A model generated the notes under the pieces. The model worked only from the letters and a program-made list of their open reading frames with translations. It ran no database searches and had not been told where the DNA came from. DNA of 64,000 bases from Pseudomonadota bacterium. GTDB lineage: Bacteria > Pseudomonadota > Alphaproteobacteria > JACQOE01. Shown piece by piece: positions 62,796 through 64,000 of this stretch (the stretch's first letter is position 1; every line of letters begins with the position of its first letter). The DNA is taken from positions 61,332-125,331 of the forward strand of contig JACQOE010000029.1 in the NCBI GenBank assembly GCA_016202695.1, written 5' to 3'. Position numbers and translations under genes: made by a program.

Positions 62796-63953
62796 ATGCC
62801 GACCACCCGCCGCCATCGGGCCGCCGGAGCCCTCGCCGCAGTCGCGCTCGCCGTCCTTGCGCCGCTCGCGGCCCGCGCCGCGATCCCCGAGCGAAGCGAC
62901 GCGTTTCTGCGCGGCTACGTGACCGCCGTGCTCGAACGCGAGCTTCGGGTCGCCAGTGCCGGTGTGCGGGTGGAGGCGGGGGTGGTGACGGTGCCGGCCG
63001 CAGGGCTGGCGGAGGTTTCACCCGAAACGCTGGTGGCGGCGCTGGCCGGGATCGAGGGGGTGCGGCGGGTGGTGCTGGCGCCGAAGGCCGCGTCTGCGGC
63101 ACCGCCCGAACCGCCGGCGGCGCCGGGGCTGGGGGCGGGGGCGGCGCAGGCGGCCCCGGCCGACGAGGGTGCCGCCCGCCGGCCCGCGCCCGAGGCCGGA
63201 ATCCTGCCGCGCGGCCGGTTGTTCGCGCCCGTCCTCGCCGATCCGCGCTGGCCCCACTTCTCCGCCGCCTATCACGCCTACATGGGCGATTCCGAGCTCG
63301 ACAACGTCGCCGCCACCAGCTTCGGCGAGACCTTCGCCCTGGTCCGCGGCGCCGGCGACGGCGGCGCCTGGGAACTGGGGGTGCAGGCGGGGGTGTTCGC
63401 CATCTTCGACCTCGACGCCGCGTCCAAGGACCTGGTCAATGCCGACTACCTGGTCGGCTTTCCGCTCACCTACCGGCGGGGCCCGCTCTCGGCCCTGGTG
63501 CGGCTCTTCCACCAGAGCTCGCACCTCGGCGACGAGTACCTGCTCCGCAATCGGGTGCACCGGGTGAACCTGAGCTACGAGGCGGTCAACGCGCTCCTCT
63601 CCTACGACCTCGCCGGCGGTTGGCGGCTCTACGGCGGGGGCGGCGCGCTTCTCCACCGCGAGCCCTCGGACCTCGAGCGGCTCTCGGTCCAGTTCGGAGT
63701 CGAGTACCGAAGCCCCGAGACCCTCCTCGGCGGCAGGCTCCGGCCGATCGCCGCATTCGACCTCCAGAGCCGCCAGGAGAGCGGCTGGCGGGCCGACCTC
63801 GCGGCCCGGGCGGGGGTCCAGGTCGAGGCGCGCGAGGGCGGTACGCAGCAGGTGCAGGTCACCGCCGACTATTTCAACGGCCGCAACCCCAACGGCCAGT
63901 TCTACGAGCGGACGATCGAGTACCTGGGCCTCGGCGTGCACGTCTACTTCTGA
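62796..63953 (+). CDS. DUF1207 domain protein with signal peptide
   Basis: GAAGGAGGGG RBS 5 nt upstream of ATG; signal RRHRAAGALAAVALAVLAPLAARAA; beta-rich C-terminal region. Confidence 0.6.
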   Translation: MPTTRRHRAAGALAAVALAVLAPLAARAAIPERSDAFLRGYVTAVLERELRVASAGVRVEAGVVTVPAAGLAEVSPETLVAALAGIEGVRRVVLAPKAASAAPPEPPAAPGLGAGAAQAAPADEGAARRPAPEAGILPRGRLFAPVLADPRWPHFSAAYHAYMGDSELDNVAATSFGETFALVRGAGDGGAWELGVQAGVFAIFDLDAASKDLVNADYLVGFPLTYRRGPLSALVRLFHQSSHLGDEYLLRNRVHRVNLSYEAVNALLSYDLAGGWRLYGGGGALLHREPSDLERLSVQFGVEYRSPETLLGGRLRPIAAFDLQSRQESGWRADLAARAGVQVEAREGGTQQVQVTADYFNGRNPNGQFYERTIEYLGLGVHVYF

Positions 63954-64000
63954 CGCGGACCCGCCAGACAGTCGGCCAGGCCCCGCGCGAGCCCTTCCAT

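Overview
High-GC (~68%) chromosomal segment with alphaproteobacterial gene order, mostly core housekeeping genes. The evidence for that assignment is the ctaC-ctaD-ctaB-ctaG-ctaE-DUF983-SURF1 cytochrome oxidase block followed by thrC and an M16 protease, the atpI-B-E-F'-F operon, gcvT-H-P behind a tandem glycine riboswitch, and an APH-fold thrB. Other genes include UDG family 4, SLT, moaB, rnhB, mutY, smc, ispH, rnhA, cysD-cysNC, mntH and several transporters. No rRNA, tRNA, CRISPR or obvious mobile element was seen. The most interesting locus is at 44.0-50.2 kb on the minus strand. It is an Mla/MCE-type ABC lipid-transport operon (MlaE, MlaF, MCE/MlaD, PqiC-like lipoprotein) in which the MlaB-position STAS protein carries a phosphorylatable DSSG serine. 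Directly upstream are an RsbW-like serine kinase and a GAF-PP2C phosphatase, giving a sigma-factor-less partner-switching module. These genes are transcribed behind an ArsR-family regulator. That regulator's divergent control region holds two 22-bp TGTTCA-N10-TGAACA palindromes and drives a Tat-secreted multicopper oxidase translationally coupled to a ZIP transporter, followed by MntH. Other oddities: a SURF1 ORF with no stop codon reading in frame into an M32 carboxypeptidase that has its own RBS; an orphan flagellin/FlgL-like gene next to cysD; an unannotated 50-codon membrane ORF in the ctaB-ctaG gap; a DUF2064/GT2 pair near a PA0069-type radical SAM gene. All coordinates come from the supplied ORF track plus manual start-codon placement. 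No database search was run.
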